From: Cyanobacteriota bacterium
GTDB taxonomy: Bacteria > Cyanobacteriota > Cyanobacteriia > PCC-6307 > Cyanobiaceae
DNA: 64,000 nt
Direction: 5' to 3'
NCBI GenBank assembly: GCA_046052125.1
Contig: JBJOMY010000001.1
Span: 672,001-736,000 of the forward strand
Below are positions 27,818 to 38,186 of this stretch, piece after piece. The translations under genes were made by a program, and so were the position numbers. The notes beneath the pieces are model-generated. The model searched no databases and was not told the DNA's origin. It saw only the letters and a list, made by a program, of their open reading frames with translations. Position 1 is the first letter of the stretch. Each line of letters opens with the position of its first letter.

Positions 27818-29692
27818 TCACAGGCTCCGCACGTTTGAAATGCCGTGCTGGTTCAAGATGGCTGAGAGATTGGTTTTGGCCACATCGTCGGCAAAAGCAC
27901 TGTCGCGGAACACACAGGTGGTATCTCCAGCTGGGGCAAGGTCCTGATGCCATGCCACCAATCCCTGAGCAAGTGGCTCCACCTCTGCAAAGGTGATTGC
28001 TGGCGCGAGACAGACCATCAAGACACCACCGCCAATATTGTGTACAAGCTTGCCGCCTAATTCTTTCTGTTCAACCGGTACGCACAGATCAAGGCCTAGC
28101 TTCAGTAGCAGCTCATAAAGAATGTCCTGCTCGCTTCGGTCCTGCTTTATATTTTCTGTGTAATCAAGAATGGTTTGGTCGAGATTGCTCGGGTCTGGCT
28201 CCCACGCTCGGATGTTGCTTGAGTCAAGCTTAAAAACGCGAAAGCCAAGATCGCCAGTAAACAACGGGTTCTGACTCTTAATCTTCTTTGCAGCGCGGCG
28301 TAGGCGTTCCTTTGCAACATCCGCAATCGTTCGATATTCAGCTCGACTAATCGGCTCAGGGAGCTGCACAAGGAAATGTCTTATGGCCATGGGTGTAGGT
28401 GCACTTATGCACTCCATTGCCGCATGACCAAACGCCGCTGATCCGCAAAAGAAGTCAAGCACTGTGTCTCCGTTACTGCAGAAAAGCTCGATGAGCTTGC
28501 GCATGAGACGAACAGGTTTAGGCGTATCAAAAGGAGCGTCGCCATCAAAGAGAGCTTTCAGCTCCAGTGTCGCTTCTTTGTTGTGCCCAGCAAACTCAAA
28601 ATCCCACCATGTGTGTGGCGTAATACCACGTTCTGATTCCGATAGAAACGCTTTCAACATGGGCCGGGCATTCTGGTTGACTCCCCACCAGATTCGATTA
28701 TCAGCTACCCATTCATCAAACTGAGGTCTATTGCACCTCCAGTACCGGTTTGGCGGAGGGTCAAAACTCTCGCCTGTTGGCCCAATAATTGTATAGATAC
28801 CGGCTGAATATGGTCTGCTTGCCGAAAGATCCTGGGCACGCCAATCTCCTCGCGGATCATTGTCTGGGTTTCTGTATGCCGCTAATTGCTCACTTGTGCG
28901 ATCCCACGAATTCACCGTGACACTTTGCTTATCGCGCGCATACACGAGAATAAAATCATGCATATCAGATAGCCATTTAGCGGTCACATTTGACACATAG
29001 CGCTTTTGCCAGACAATAGTTGCTAGATGATTTTCTTCGCCGAAGACGTCGTCACAGACCTTCCGTAGATTTGACTGCTCGGAGTCGTCGATTGAGATGC
29101 ATATAACCCCATCGCCACGCAGAAGGCTCCTGGCATTCTGAAGTCTTGGGTACATCATATTTAGCCAGTCCGTGTGAAATCTTCCATTCGCATCTGTATT
29201 GCTGCTTGTGGCCCGCCCGCTCTCTAGCTGGCCTGTTAGCTCCAAGTAGTTTCTGATATTATCCTTAAAGTTGTCTGGGTAGACGAAGTCGTTGCCGGTG
29301 TTGTAAGGAGGATCGATGTAAATCAACTTCACTTTGCCAGTGTAACTCTTCTGCAAGAGCTTGAGCACCTCAAGATTGTCACCCTCGATCATCAGGTTCT
29401 GCGTGGTTTCCCATTCCAGGCTCTCTTCGGGGCATGGGCGCAACGTGCCCGTTGATGGAGTGAGTGCAAGCTGACGTGCCTGGCGTTTGCCATACCAATT
29501 GAGCCCGAATCTTTCATCTGCATCGGTCACGGTGTTGTCACCGACCAGCGCCTTCAGCACATCTACATTCACGGCTGCACCATCCGGCCCTTCGTTCACC
29601 AGTTCTGGAAACAGCGCCTTGAGCCGTTCGAGATTCGCCGCAAGGAGGTCGGGGCTCATGGTCTCGGGGTCGCCGGCGGTCAGTTTCTTCAT
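27818..29692 (-). CDS. mod: Type III DNA methyltransferase Mod
   Basis: IEGDNLEVLK, IYIDPPY, DFFCGS. Confidence 0.92.
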   Translation of the reverse strand: MKKLTAGDPETMSPDLLAANLERLKALFPELVNEGPDGAAVNVDVLKALVGDNTVTDADERFGLNWYGKRQARQLALTPSTGTLRPCPEESLEWETTQNLMIEGDNLEVLKLLQKSYTGKVKLIYIDPPYNTGNDFVYPDNFKDNIRNYLELTGQLESGRATSSNTDANGRFHTDWLNMMYPRLQNARSLLRGDGVICISIDDSEQSNLRKVCDDVFGEENHLATIVWQKRYVSNVTAKWLSDMHDFILVYARDKQSVTVNSWDRTSEQLAAYRNPDNDPRGDWRAQDLSASRPYSAGIYTIIGPTGESFDPPPNRYWRCNRPQFDEWVADNRIWWGVNQNARPMLKAFLSESERGITPHTWWDFEFAGHNKEATLELKALFDGDAPFDTPKPVRLMRKLIELFCSNGDTVLDFFCGSAAFGHAAMECISAPTPMAIRHFLVQLPEPISRAEYRTIADVAKERLRRAAKKIKSQNPLFTGDLGFRVFKLDSSNIRAWEPDPSNLDQTILDYTENIKQDRSEQDILYELLLKLGLDLCVPVEQKELGGKLVHNIGGGVLMVCLAPAITFAEVEPLAQGLVAWHQDLAPAGDTTCVFRDSAFADDVAKTNLSAILNQHGISNVRSL

Positions 29693-29705
29693 CGGGTCTT
29701 GGGGC

Positions 29706-30461
29706 TCAGAGCCGTGTCAGAGCGGAGGCTCGTGCGGCCTCCGCCCGCTTTAGTGCCAGGTTCAGTTCTACCTGGCGAGGCACCTGCCTCTCCTTGGCCG
29801 CAGTAGCCCGTAAGCGAGCGATCTCGGCGTCGAGCCTGGTGGCTTCACGCAATGCCTCCCGTCTGGCCACGGCATGCTCCAGCGAGCCCGGCAAGCTGAA
29901 GCGTCCTGTGAGTTGGGCAGCCAGGAGCGCCTGCACCGCATCGATCCACCCCTGATAGAGCCTGAACAGGTCAGCTCGCGGCTGGGAGCTCAGGGAGAGC
30001 GACGCAAGAAAGGCTGTGGTCGCCTGGCCTGAGCTGGTCGGGGCGACAGCCGCCACCATGTCTGCGTCGAGAACCGTTGCGCCCGCCTCGGCCTGCGACA
30101 AGCGCTTGTGTGCCAGTGAGAGGGTGAGCCCTGCGTTCATCCCCATGAGCAGTAACAGCGGGTAGGGCACGGCGCGGTGAAGGAGCTCTGACAGCCTCTC
30201 GGCTTTGGCTCCGTCTCGCAGGGCCACGCTCAGAACCGCGATCTCCAGGTATTCACGAGTCGCATCACGAAACGCGGGTATGCCGATGGTGGTGGGTTTG
30301 AGAGTCGCCACCCATTGCACCTCTTCGATGCCGTCCCTGATGCGGCGCTTGTCCGCAGCCGTGGGAGCTCCGTGCTCCAACAGCAGCGTCTTGGGTACAC
30401 GCCGGTCCACCAGTGCATTGGGCGGCAGGTCCAATGCGGCAATCAGCTCGGCAGTGTTCAT
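29706..30461 (-). CDS. DUF4391 family protein
   Basis: RRVPKTLL...LHRAVPYP...ERQVPRQVELN; usual position upstream of mod. Confidence 0.75.
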   Translation of the reverse strand: MNTAELIAALDLPPNALVDRRVPKTLLLEHGAPTAADKRRIRDGIEEVQWVATLKPTTIGIPAFRDATREYLEIAVLSVALRDGAKAERLSELLHRAVPYPLLLLMGMNAGLTLSLAHKRLSQAEAGATVLDADMVAAVAPTSSGQATTAFLASLSLSSQPRADLFRLYQGWIDAVQALLAAQLTGRFSLPGSLEHAVARREALREATRLDAEIARLRATAAKERQVPRQVELNLALKRAEAARASALTRL

Positions 30462-33400
30462 GTGCCTAGCTCCGGAAGGATGACGAGGTAGGCAATCACT
30501 TCAAAGTCATCGATCCCGCCAAATTCACCGGCCAAGACATGCGTACCACCCGGCGTGAACAGACTGGCGACCGCACGTTGCTCGGTCTTTCCGGCTACAG
30601 ACCCCACCGCAGTCGCCAGTGATCGCTGCGCATAGCTCATGTCTTCGCCTTGCTTGGTGGCTTTGTCAAAACGAGCGCAGGCTTCGAAATCCGGTTGCTC
30701 GCGACCACTGCAGAGACGCTTCAGCCGATCAAGGATGCGTTTGGCTTGGGTAAAGGGGAGGAGCACTTCACCGGCTTCACTGATGTGGACCAGGTAATGG
30801 GGTGCCATGGGGTAGCCAGGCTCGAAGGCCTGCATGGCAGCCTCCCCCTCTGCCCTCAGGCAGAAAATGATGCCGGGAGGGATGTCAGCCTCGGCTGTTG
30901 TGGCGACGGCCATCGTGCCCAGTGGCAACGTCTCAAGAACGTCGGGATGAGCGCGCAGGTACTCCGCGAGGTCGATGCGGAAGTCGCTGAGCGTCAAGTC
31001 GGCAATAGAGACTCCGGTGGAAAGGTCCTCGAGATCGATGACTGCGTCTTGCAGCTTGAGGAGCTGCTTGCGCCGATACTCAAGATCATTCATGGGGTTG
31101 CCTGATTGCTGTTCAATCAGGTTTTCTTCGCCGGTGGCTGAGATATCAAGCAGCACCATGCGTCCGCTGACGCGCTGCTCCAGATTGATGTATTCCTCTA
31201 GCTCCATATTAGGCCAGAAGTTCACAAGCTGGATCTGTGTATTAGGTGAGCCCAGTCGGTCAATTCGGCCGAAGCGTTGGATGATGCGAACAGGGTTCCA
31301 GTGGATGTCGTAATTGATCAGCCAATCGCAGTCCTGTAGGTTCTGGCCCTCAGAGATGCAGTCGGTAGCGATGAGCAGATCGATCTCACCCTCGCCAGCA
31401 AGGGCAGCAGGCCGTTCCTTTGATCTTGGGGAAAAAGCAGAGAGGATCGACGCTAGGTCCTTTCGCAGTTGAGGCAACGTGGTTTGGATTCCGCCCGTTC
31501 CTGTAACCAGTGCTGTATCAATGCCATGGGCCTCAGTTGCCCACGGAGCCAGCTGCTCATAGAGATACCTGGCGGTATCAGCAAAGGCAGTGAAGACAAT
31601 CACCTTCCGGTTTCCAGGGTTGATCGGCTGCCGGCACTTTTGCGAGATGAGCTCGCGTAAAGCGTTGAGCTTGGCGTCCCGTTCTGGATGGATCTCCTGT
31701 GCCGCAGAGACGAGCTTGGTTAGCCTGTCACGGTCCTCAAGCAGGTCCTGCTTCCAGCGCACAAGGTCTACATCCTTCAGCAGCACTTTGACCTTCCGGC
31801 CCACGAGAAGGCTCTCGAATGTTGGATCGTCAAATTCCAAACTCTCGATGTCCAGCTCTTCGAGCTCATCGGCTTGTGCTTCGATTCGAGCAAGAGTTGC
31901 TTCCACATCGCTCAGCTGGCGCTGAAGGGTCAGCGCAAATGAGGACACGGCACTCTCCATCCGCTTAAGAACGTTGACGCGCAGAAGATGAATCAAGCTC
32001 TCTTCACGGTCTGCCTGGCGGAAGTACCCAGAGCCGCCTTTGACCTCGGTGCTGTACTTGCGGTCATAGGCCGCCTGCTTGTGTGGGAGTACATAGCGGA
32101 GCGGCGCATAGGAAGCCAGGTTTAGTCGCCGGATCTCTCGATTAATGTCAGCAATGGGCGGGAAGGACGATGCACAATCCACATCAGCCTTGATGTTGAG
32201 TGGCTTGAGCCGGTCAGGGAAGCGACCGGTTTCTGCAGTGCCGTAGTACTTCTCGATGTGTCGCCGGGATCGTGCAATTGTCAGATGGTCGAGCAGCATG
32301 AAGTAGTCGAAGCCCAGCATCTCGACCAAGAGAGAAGGCGTCCGGTCGGTCTCTTCCAGATCAAGCCAGCGATTGAATTGCTTCTGTGCTAATCGCGTGG
32401 TGGCATCGATGCTGTTGATTCCATGATCTACCAGTGCACGATCGTCACCTTCAGTAGCAAAGGAGATTTGATTGCGTAGATCAGCAAGACGATTATTGAC
32501 CGGAGTGGCCGAGAGCATGAGGACTCGCGTCTTCACCCCTTCGTGGATAATCTTGCGCATCAAACGGTCGTAGCGGGTCTCGCCTTCAGCTTGGGGCGTC
32601 TTCTTGTTTCTAAAGTTGTGTGATTCGTCAATGACCACGAGATCATAATTGCCCCAATTCACATGAGCAAGATCAATATCACCCGAGAGACCGCCCTCGC
32701 GTGAGAGGTCCGTGTGGTTCAGAACGTCATAGTTAAAGCGATCTGCGGCAAGGATGTTCCGACGATCATTGGCTGTATAGAGGGTCCAATTGTCACGCAG
32801 CCTCTTCGGGCAGAGCACTAGCACTCGATCGTTGCGTAGTTCCTGGTACTTGATGATGGCCAGGGCCTCAAATGTCTTACCAAGGCCAACGCTGTCAGCG
32901 ATGATGCATCCACCGAAGCGGTTGAGTTTGTCAATGGCGCCGATCACGCCATCGCGCTGGAACTTATAGAGCTTGTTCCAGACGACAGTCTTGCGGATAC
33001 CCGTTGCCGAATTAACAATCTGCTCTTCATCAAGCTGGCCTTCATTCCCACTGAAAAGGCTTTGAAGAATCAGTGCATAAACAAGTCGTGGGTCGCAGTG
33101 GCTTGCTATCTGCTGCAGGCGCTCAAGCAGACTTGTCTTGACCGGCTGATCCTGTTCCAGTGAATTCCATTGATCCTTGAACCACTTATCAATCAACCGG
33201 GCCTCCTCGTTGTTTTCCGATGCCTGAATAAGGCTCAGTGGGTTCCCCGGGGCTGTCCCTAACCCATCACTACTCAAGGACAGCGAGCCAAGTAGCGCCT
33301 GAACTGGCTGGCCATCTGCTTCTCGAATCACGATGGCGCCTTGCGGCACCGTCGAAATGGCCTGCCGTAAGTGCACCTTCTGCGTTAGCCATTGCAGGAG

Positions 33401-33655
33401 TTGACCCGCTATCCAACGGATCTGGAGTCTGTTACGAGCAGGTCTGTCAGCAACAGAACCAAGCAACTCGAGATCTTCTACGTTCGCTGGAAGAATTAAC
33501 TGACAAGTGTCAATATCCTTTAGTTCAGAGAAGAGTTCAGCAAATGAAAATGCAGACAGGGTTGCACTCACAACGCCTAACTCCACTCCCCTCCTGAGCA
33601 GTGGACGTACATGGTCAACAACTCGATCGTTTCCCGTGTTACGGACGATTCTCAT
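30458..33655 (-). CDS. SNF2-family helicase with degenerate PLD-like N-terminus
   Basis: DSVGLGKT, DESH, LSATP, QRFGRIDR. Confidence 0.88.
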   Translation of the reverse strand: MRIVRNTGNDRVVDHVRPLLRRGVELGVVSATLSAFSFAELFSELKDIDTCQLILPANVEDLELLGSVADRPARNRLQIRWIAGQLLQWLTQKVHLRQAISTVPQGAIVIREADGQPVQALLGSLSLSSDGLGTAPGNPLSLIQASENNEEARLIDKWFKDQWNSLEQDQPVKTSLLERLQQIASHCDPRLVYALILQSLFSGNEGQLDEEQIVNSATGIRKTVVWNKLYKFQRDGVIGAIDKLNRFGGCIIADSVGLGKTFEALAIIKYQELRNDRVLVLCPKRLRDNWTLYTANDRRNILAADRFNYDVLNHTDLSREGGLSGDIDLAHVNWGNYDLVVIDESHNFRNKKTPQAEGETRYDRLMRKIIHEGVKTRVLMLSATPVNNRLADLRNQISFATEGDDRALVDHGINSIDATTRLAQKQFNRWLDLEETDRTPSLLVEMLGFDYFMLLDHLTIARSRRHIEKYYGTAETGRFPDRLKPLNIKADVDCASSFPPIADINREIRRLNLASYAPLRYVLPHKQAAYDRKYSTEVKGGSGYFRQADREESLIHLLRVNVLKRMESAVSSFALTLQRQLSDVEATLARIEAQADELEELDIESLEFDDPTFESLLVGRKVKVLLKDVDLVRWKQDLLEDRDRLTKLVSAAQEIHPERDAKLNALRELISQKCRQPINPGNRKVIVFTAFADTARYLYEQLAPWATEAHGIDTALVTGTGGIQTTLPQLRKDLASILSAFSPRSKERPAALAGEGEIDLLIATDCISEGQNLQDCDWLINYDIHWNPVRIIQRFGRIDRLGSPNTQIQLVNFWPNMELEEYINLEQRVSGRMVLLDISATGEENLIEQQSGNPMNDLEYRRKQLLKLQDAVIDLEDLSTGVSIADLTLSDFRIDLAEYLRAHPDVLETLPLGTMAVATTAEADIPPGIIFCLRAEGEAAMQAFEPGYPMAPHYLVHISEAGEVLLPFTQAKRILDRLKRLCSGREQPDFEACARFDKATKQGEDMSYAQRSLATAVGSVAGKTEQRAVASLFTPGGTHVLAGEFGGIDDFEVIAYLVILPELGT

Positions 33656-33661
33656 TTCAGC

Positions 33662-34705
33662 TCATCCACGGAGTGCTTCGCGATGAACACTCAGGAAGTG
33701 TTCTTGTTCGCGGCTGAATGTCTTGATCTGGTTGGCTCCCTGAATCCCCCAGCAACGCAGGGCCTCACCAGCCGCCTCATGGCTCCAGATCAATTCACCG
33801 GTGGTATCGAAGCTGATCCAGTGGCGATCAAAGAGCTTGTCGATATGGGGCGAGAGCAGTAGCCCGTTGGCGCCACTGAGACGCTCCGCGTTATCGCAGT
33901 CCCGCCAAGGCTTGATATGGCTGGCCACAAGAAATTCCTGGCGTGCCAGGCCCGTCACACGGCAGCAAGGCTCGAGTTGCGCCACGCGTTGACGAAACAA
34001 TCCCTGGCCCAGGCGTGCTTTGGTCAGGGCCTCTCGCTCCGTTGTGTTGGGCAGCGCCTGCAATTGGTGCACGTCGTCCAGCAATGCAGCCGCCGCACTG
34101 CCCTCTTCTCCCAGAACCACCAGGTGCACCTGGACGGCACGATCAACGTGGTCCTCGATCAGCTTGAGCAGCAACCGGCCGAGTTCATCGCTGAGCCCTG
34201 CGAGATACACCCCTTGGTTACCGCGCCCCGTGCTGGTGCTGATCGGGCTATGGCGCTCTGGCAGGAGCGGCTGCAGAAGCTCAAAGAAGGTCTGCGGGAC
34301 CAGCGGACTGCTCAAGGGCTGCCAGTTGACGCGAACCAACCAGCCCTCCGCACCCCAGTAGTCCCCTGTCATGCCGAATTCGGGGGGCTTGGGTGCGGTG
34401 ACAGCGACTTGCTCGACCAGACCGATCTGGCTGATCTTGCCGTTGGCGTAGCTGAACACCACGTCTCCGCCCTGGCACTTGGCCAGGTTGTCGTAGGTGA
34501 CGTTGCGCCGCCCATCGGCATTGGCCTTGGGTGACCACACGTAGCCCCCCTCCGTCTCTTGCCGGTAGGTCTGCTTGTGGTTCACCCACCAGAAGGCCAC
34601 GTCAGAAAGCCGTGCTCTTCTTGTTGTAGCTAGAGCAATCGGTGAGCGCCTCAGTAGCTCTGCTAGTCGGGAATCACGCTGCGCACGCCACCACGCAAGT
34701 GGCAT
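33662..34705 (-). CDS. HNH endonuclease (candidate modification-dependent restriction enzyme)
   Basis: WWVNHKQTY N-terminal domain; RLGQGLFR...CRVTG...ASHIKPW...NGLLL...DKLFD; real start may be near 34600. Confidence 0.85.
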   Translation of the reverse strand: MPLAWWRAQRDSRLAELLRRSPIALATTRRARLSDVAFWWVNHKQTYRQETEGGYVWSPKANADGRRNVTYDNLAKCQGGDVVFSYANGKISQIGLVEQVAVTAPKPPEFGMTGDYWGAEGWLVRVNWQPLSSPLVPQTFFELLQPLLPERHSPISTSTGRGNQGVYLAGLSDELGRLLLKLIEDHVDRAVQVHLVVLGEEGSAAAALLDDVHQLQALPNTTEREALTKARLGQGLFRQRVAQLEPCCRVTGLARQEFLVASHIKPWRDCDNAERLSGANGLLLSPHIDKLFDRHWISFDTTGELIWSHEAAGEALRCWGIQGANQIKTFSREQEHFLSVHREALRG

Positions 34706-34780
34706 GAAAGATCAGTTTGAGTTGCTCACCTTCAAGCCGGAGGCATTGCACCTGCAGCTTGTTGTGGGGGAGAGGCCGGT

Positions 34781-34978
34781 TCATCCCTGCGCCTGGCGTT
34801 CGTTCTCGAGCTGCTCCTCCTGCCAGGCGCGCTGCAGGTCTATGCGTGTGATCCGGTAGCCGAGTCGCCGTGCCGCCAAGATCAGCTCCTTGCGGGAGCG
34901 GCAGTGCTTGAGGGCGCGTTGGAGCGCTGCATCAGCCTCCACGTCGGCGACAAAACGCTCTAGCTCTGACCAGCTCAT
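34781..34978 (-). CDS. Nif11-like leader peptide family protein
   Basis: MSWSELERFV...LQRALKHCRS..ELILAARRLGYRIT. Confidence 0.75.
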   Translation of the reverse strand: MSWSELERFVADVEADAALQRALKHCRSRKELILAARRLGYRITRIDLQRAWQEEQLENERQAQG

Positions 34979-35125
34979 CGGAGGGAAAGCCCTGGGTCTA
35001 TCACCATGTCAATGCTGTCTGATCTGCGCCAGGTTCCGTGGATCACAGTCCGTCAGACCCTGCGTCAGCACTGAGAAAATCGGCCGGGAGACCGGCCGGC
35101 GGGAGGCGCAGCCTCCCGAGGTGGC

Positions 35126-35341
35126 TCAGATCACTGAGACCGTGGTGCCCTTTTGGCCCTGGAAATACCGGGCCATGGCATGGGCATCTTCTGCAGGAAT
35201 CAGGCGGAGCTTTTTGACGGGCTTACCGCGGCGACCGATGGGGGTGGTGATGCGCTCATGGCCATAGGCCTTGATGCCATCGGGATAGGTGTGGAGCACC
35301 AGGAAGCGGATCTCGCAGCAGGGAGCGGTGGGACGGGCCAT
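35126..35341 (-). CDS. Small basic hypothetical protein; paralog of 55..273
   Basis: CEIRFLVLH...GRRGKPVKKLRLIPAE...TVSV. Confidence 0.75.
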   Translation of the reverse strand: MARPTAPCCEIRFLVLHTYPDGIKAYGHERITTPIGRRGKPVKKLRLIPAEDAHAMARYFQGQKGTTVSVI

Positions 35342-35488
35342 GGAATCAGCGGCGTGGAACACCCGACCGAGGCCCACTGCGGCAGAGGCGGCAAGGACCG
35401 CGCAGCGGCCCGGCCTGATCCTTGCCGCCTCTGCCGCAGTGGGCACGCTGGGAGGGTCCACGCCGCTGATTCCATGGCCCGGCCCGCC
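35327..35488. repeat. Long imperfect inverted repeat
   Basis: 35334-35358 pairs with 35457-35481 (25 bp) and 35372-35397 with 35419-35444 (26 bp). Confidence 0.9.
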
Positions 35489-35536
35489 GTGGCTGTGTGG
35501 TGAGCCGATCGCTGGTGCGGACCGCAATGAACAGCC

Positions 35537-35657
35537 TCAAGGCCTATGGCCATGAGTGGATCACCGAGAGGGTGAGCAGTCCCTTAAATGCACCCCACCG
35601 GCTCAAGGCGCACCACCAGAAGCGCCGCGCCGTGCACCTCCAGGATCGTCCCCTGGT
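35537..35657 (+). repeat. About 120-bp direct repeat, copy 1
   Basis: TCAAGGCCTATGGCCA...GGGTGAGCAGTCC...ATGCACCCCACCGGCTC...CACCTCCAGGATCG also at 38927-39044. Confidence 0.85.
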
Positions 35658-36291
35658 TGATGACTGAAGCGAGACACACCAACATGCACCGCGAGCGAAC
35701 AAGTCAGAGGTTGGGCGTTATGGCCTCCGCTGGCCTCGCCCAATCTGTTCCAGTGCAGCGAGATTGACTACTTAGAGCACATGAACCTGACAGTCACGTG
35801 ATGAGGAATCCAGTGCTGGCGCGAGCACTGGATGCACCAAGGCTGGGAGAGGGGTCAGTTTCCCAATCAAACAACTCAGACAAGAAAGAGTGGTTCTCTG
35901 ATTGAAATTCGGCAGCGCTAGCCACTGGGATGGCAAAAACGGAGCGCTGGGAGAATCAATTCATGCCAAGTCTCAGAACATCTCAATCTGCGAGCTGCTA
36001 GATCAAAACAGCAATCCATGCTGCCGCTACGACAACGACAAGTAAGACGACAAGCAAAAAACGAGTCAGCCGTCTCGTGGGCACTGGTCACGCTGCATCA
36101 GTCCGACTTCCATGGTCGCATCCGGAATCAGTGCGAGAGCAGTCAAAGGTGCATTGCGATGTCATATTTCATACAGAAGACAGTAACTATGCAGGCCTGA
36201 TCATTGATCAGCTTCTCCTAAGGTGACGGGAAACAAAGAGCTGGCTGGCCGACGAATGATTTCGGTCCCAGAGAGGAGTGAGCCGGAACGC

Positions 36292-36891
36292 ATGAGTAGC
36301 GAGATTTCGCTCACACTTAGACCTGGAGAGCAACTACCGCTACCAACAGCAGAAGAAGGGCCGTCGTTTTTCTCGCTCAAGACTAAGCATGGAGTAGGAC
36401 GGCTTGCAACATTTTCCAAAATCAAGAGGTCCGATATAACCCTAGGATTTACTGGTGCATTGCATTGTGAGTGGCTCATTGCTCCCAGGGAAGCTCAACT
36501 ATCAATAGAGGCTCTTACGCCACTTCAAATGACAGTCATAGCTACAGACTCCTTTTGCAAGGAGCACGAACTAATAAGGTGCTGGCTCTGGGATCTTCAC
36601 CACGTCAGACATCCTGTGGGGGCAATGGCGCGACTAACCGCTTTGCTTCAGTTGATGATAATTCGTTTTGGAAACCGAATAAGCGAGGGATACACATTGC
36701 CCTTTTCTCTGTCCCACTCAAGACTTGCGGAGATAATTGGTGTCACAAGATCAACGGCAACGCGGCTTCTGAGCGTTCAGCGCCAACAAGGATGGGTCCA
36801 AGTGAACAGTCAGAATGGAATGTATGTCGTTACTCCATTAATGATGGATCTCACTCCAAAGTGGATGACTGAACTTGTTGATAATGCCTGA
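36292..36891 (+). CDS. Crp/Fnr-family regulator (divergent)
   Basis: LPFSLSHSRLAEIIGVTRSTATRLL HTH. Confidence 0.75.
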   Translation: MSSEISLTLRPGEQLPLPTAEEGPSFFSLKTKHGVGRLATFSKIKRSDITLGFTGALHCEWLIAPREAQLSIEALTPLQMTVIATDSFCKEHELIRCWLWDLHHVRHPVGAMARLTALLQLMIIRFGNRISEGYTLPFSLSHSRLAEIIGVTRSTATRLLSVQRQQGWVQVNSQNGMYVVTPLMMDLTPKWMTELVDNA

Positions 36892-37228
36892 CAGGAAAAC
36901 CCTCTCAGCTGATCTGGACGGTACTCACTCCCGTCCGCAGCGGCATTTACCTCCCTTCCATTTGGAGCATTTGCTTTGCTTGCAACCTTTCTTTTTCTCC
37001 TGCTTCAGTCCTGAACTGGATTGAGGCAAATCGACACTCTGCTGGCCTGGGGTTTGGGGCATGGCAGCTGTTGGAAGAGGCGGGATCGGGCTTTGCGCCA
37101 CGTCCAGGCTAAGCGGTCTAAATCGCACAGGGGGGAGGCATTCTCAACAGGCACCTCCATGAGTAACTTTGGTGACAAGGCCCCATCGCCTCGGCGATCG
37201 GTCGATTCTCCTCCATAGAACCCCCGTC

Positions 37229-37807
37229 ATGCCCCTCTCTCCCGCGAGTTCAGCGCTCCAGGTGCAGACCGGCCCTGCCGGTCGCGCAATTGCTCAACCT
37301 ATGGAGGTGTCGCTGCTGGAGGCCCTGCAACATCACCTGACGATGGAGCGCCAAGCCAGTGCGACCTATTTCGCTATGGCGGTCTGGTTTGCCGAGCGTG
37401 AGCTCCGTGGGTTTGCTCACTTCTTCAAAGGCGAATCTGCCGATGAGCAACAACATGCAGCACGGTTCGCGGACTACCTGATTGCTAGAGGACAGACAGT
37501 CATTCTCGACGCCCTAGTAGCCCCCTACCAGCAATGGAGCTCTCCTGAGGAAATTTTGACGGCTTCATTCCGAATGGAAGCCGATGTGACAGCGTCACTA
37601 CAGCAGATGTACGGAATGGCTGAGCGTTGCTCGGACGTTCGAACCACCACGTTTCTTGATCCGATTGTTGACGGTCAGGTGACATCAGAAAACCGCATCG
37701 CGCATCTGATGGGGCGCGTTCGCTTTGCCCAACATCAGCCTGCTGCATTGCTTCTCATTGATGGAGAGCTAAGCGATGACAAGTGCGAACCTGCCTCCCT
37801 CAGCTGA
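37229..37807 (+). CDS. ftn: Ferritin
   Basis: MERQASATY...ESADEQQHA...MEADVT...Q...E ferroxidase-like residues. Confidence 0.85.
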   Translation: MPLSPASSALQVQTGPAGRAIAQPMEVSLLEALQHHLTMERQASATYFAMAVWFAERELRGFAHFFKGESADEQQHAARFADYLIARGQTVILDALVAPYQQWSSPEEILTASFRMEADVTASLQQMYGMAERCSDVRTTTFLDPIVDGQVTSENRIAHLMGRVRFAQHQPAALLLIDGELSDDKCEPASLS

Positions 37808-37829
37808 GGGGACCGGCCCTCCAAAGCGA

Positions 37830-38186
37830 TCAATCACGCCGGCAGAGTTCGATCAAAAAGTCCAGCATCAAAGCGTCTAAGGCTTGCTTCCGGCGACGCC
37901 AGCGTTCAGCCGTTGTGAGCAGTTCCTGGCGTCGATTTCTCAGATAAAGGCACTCAAGATTCAATCTGCGTGAGAGGGCTGCATCCTGGCAACTCTGCAG
38001 GATTGCTGAAACTTGAATGCAGCGGTTTCGAATCCTTTCGGCTTCTCGGCACAGACTGCCGACAAGTGAATCGGAAGTGCAGCTAAGGGCAGTCATATCC
38101 GTGGCGGGAGAACAATCAGAAAGCGATGGAGGAGCCTGCGATGAAAGCAGGCTCGAAACAAAGGATTGGCTCCGATTCAGAGACAA
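37830..38186 (-). CDS. Hypothetical protein downstream of the IdiB-like regulator
   Basis: Helical ORF; start uncertain. Confidence 0.5.
   Translation of the reverse strand: MSLNRSQSFVSSLLSSQAPPSLSDCSPATDMTALSCTSDSLVGSLCREAERIRNRCIQVSAILQSCQDAALSRRLNLECLYLRNRRQELLTTAERWRRRKQALDALMLDFLIELCRRD

Noticed and set aside
34781..34978. RiPP biosynthetic cluster
   Set aside because: Nif11-like leader lacks a Gly-Gly/Cys-rich core and no modifying enzymes are nearby
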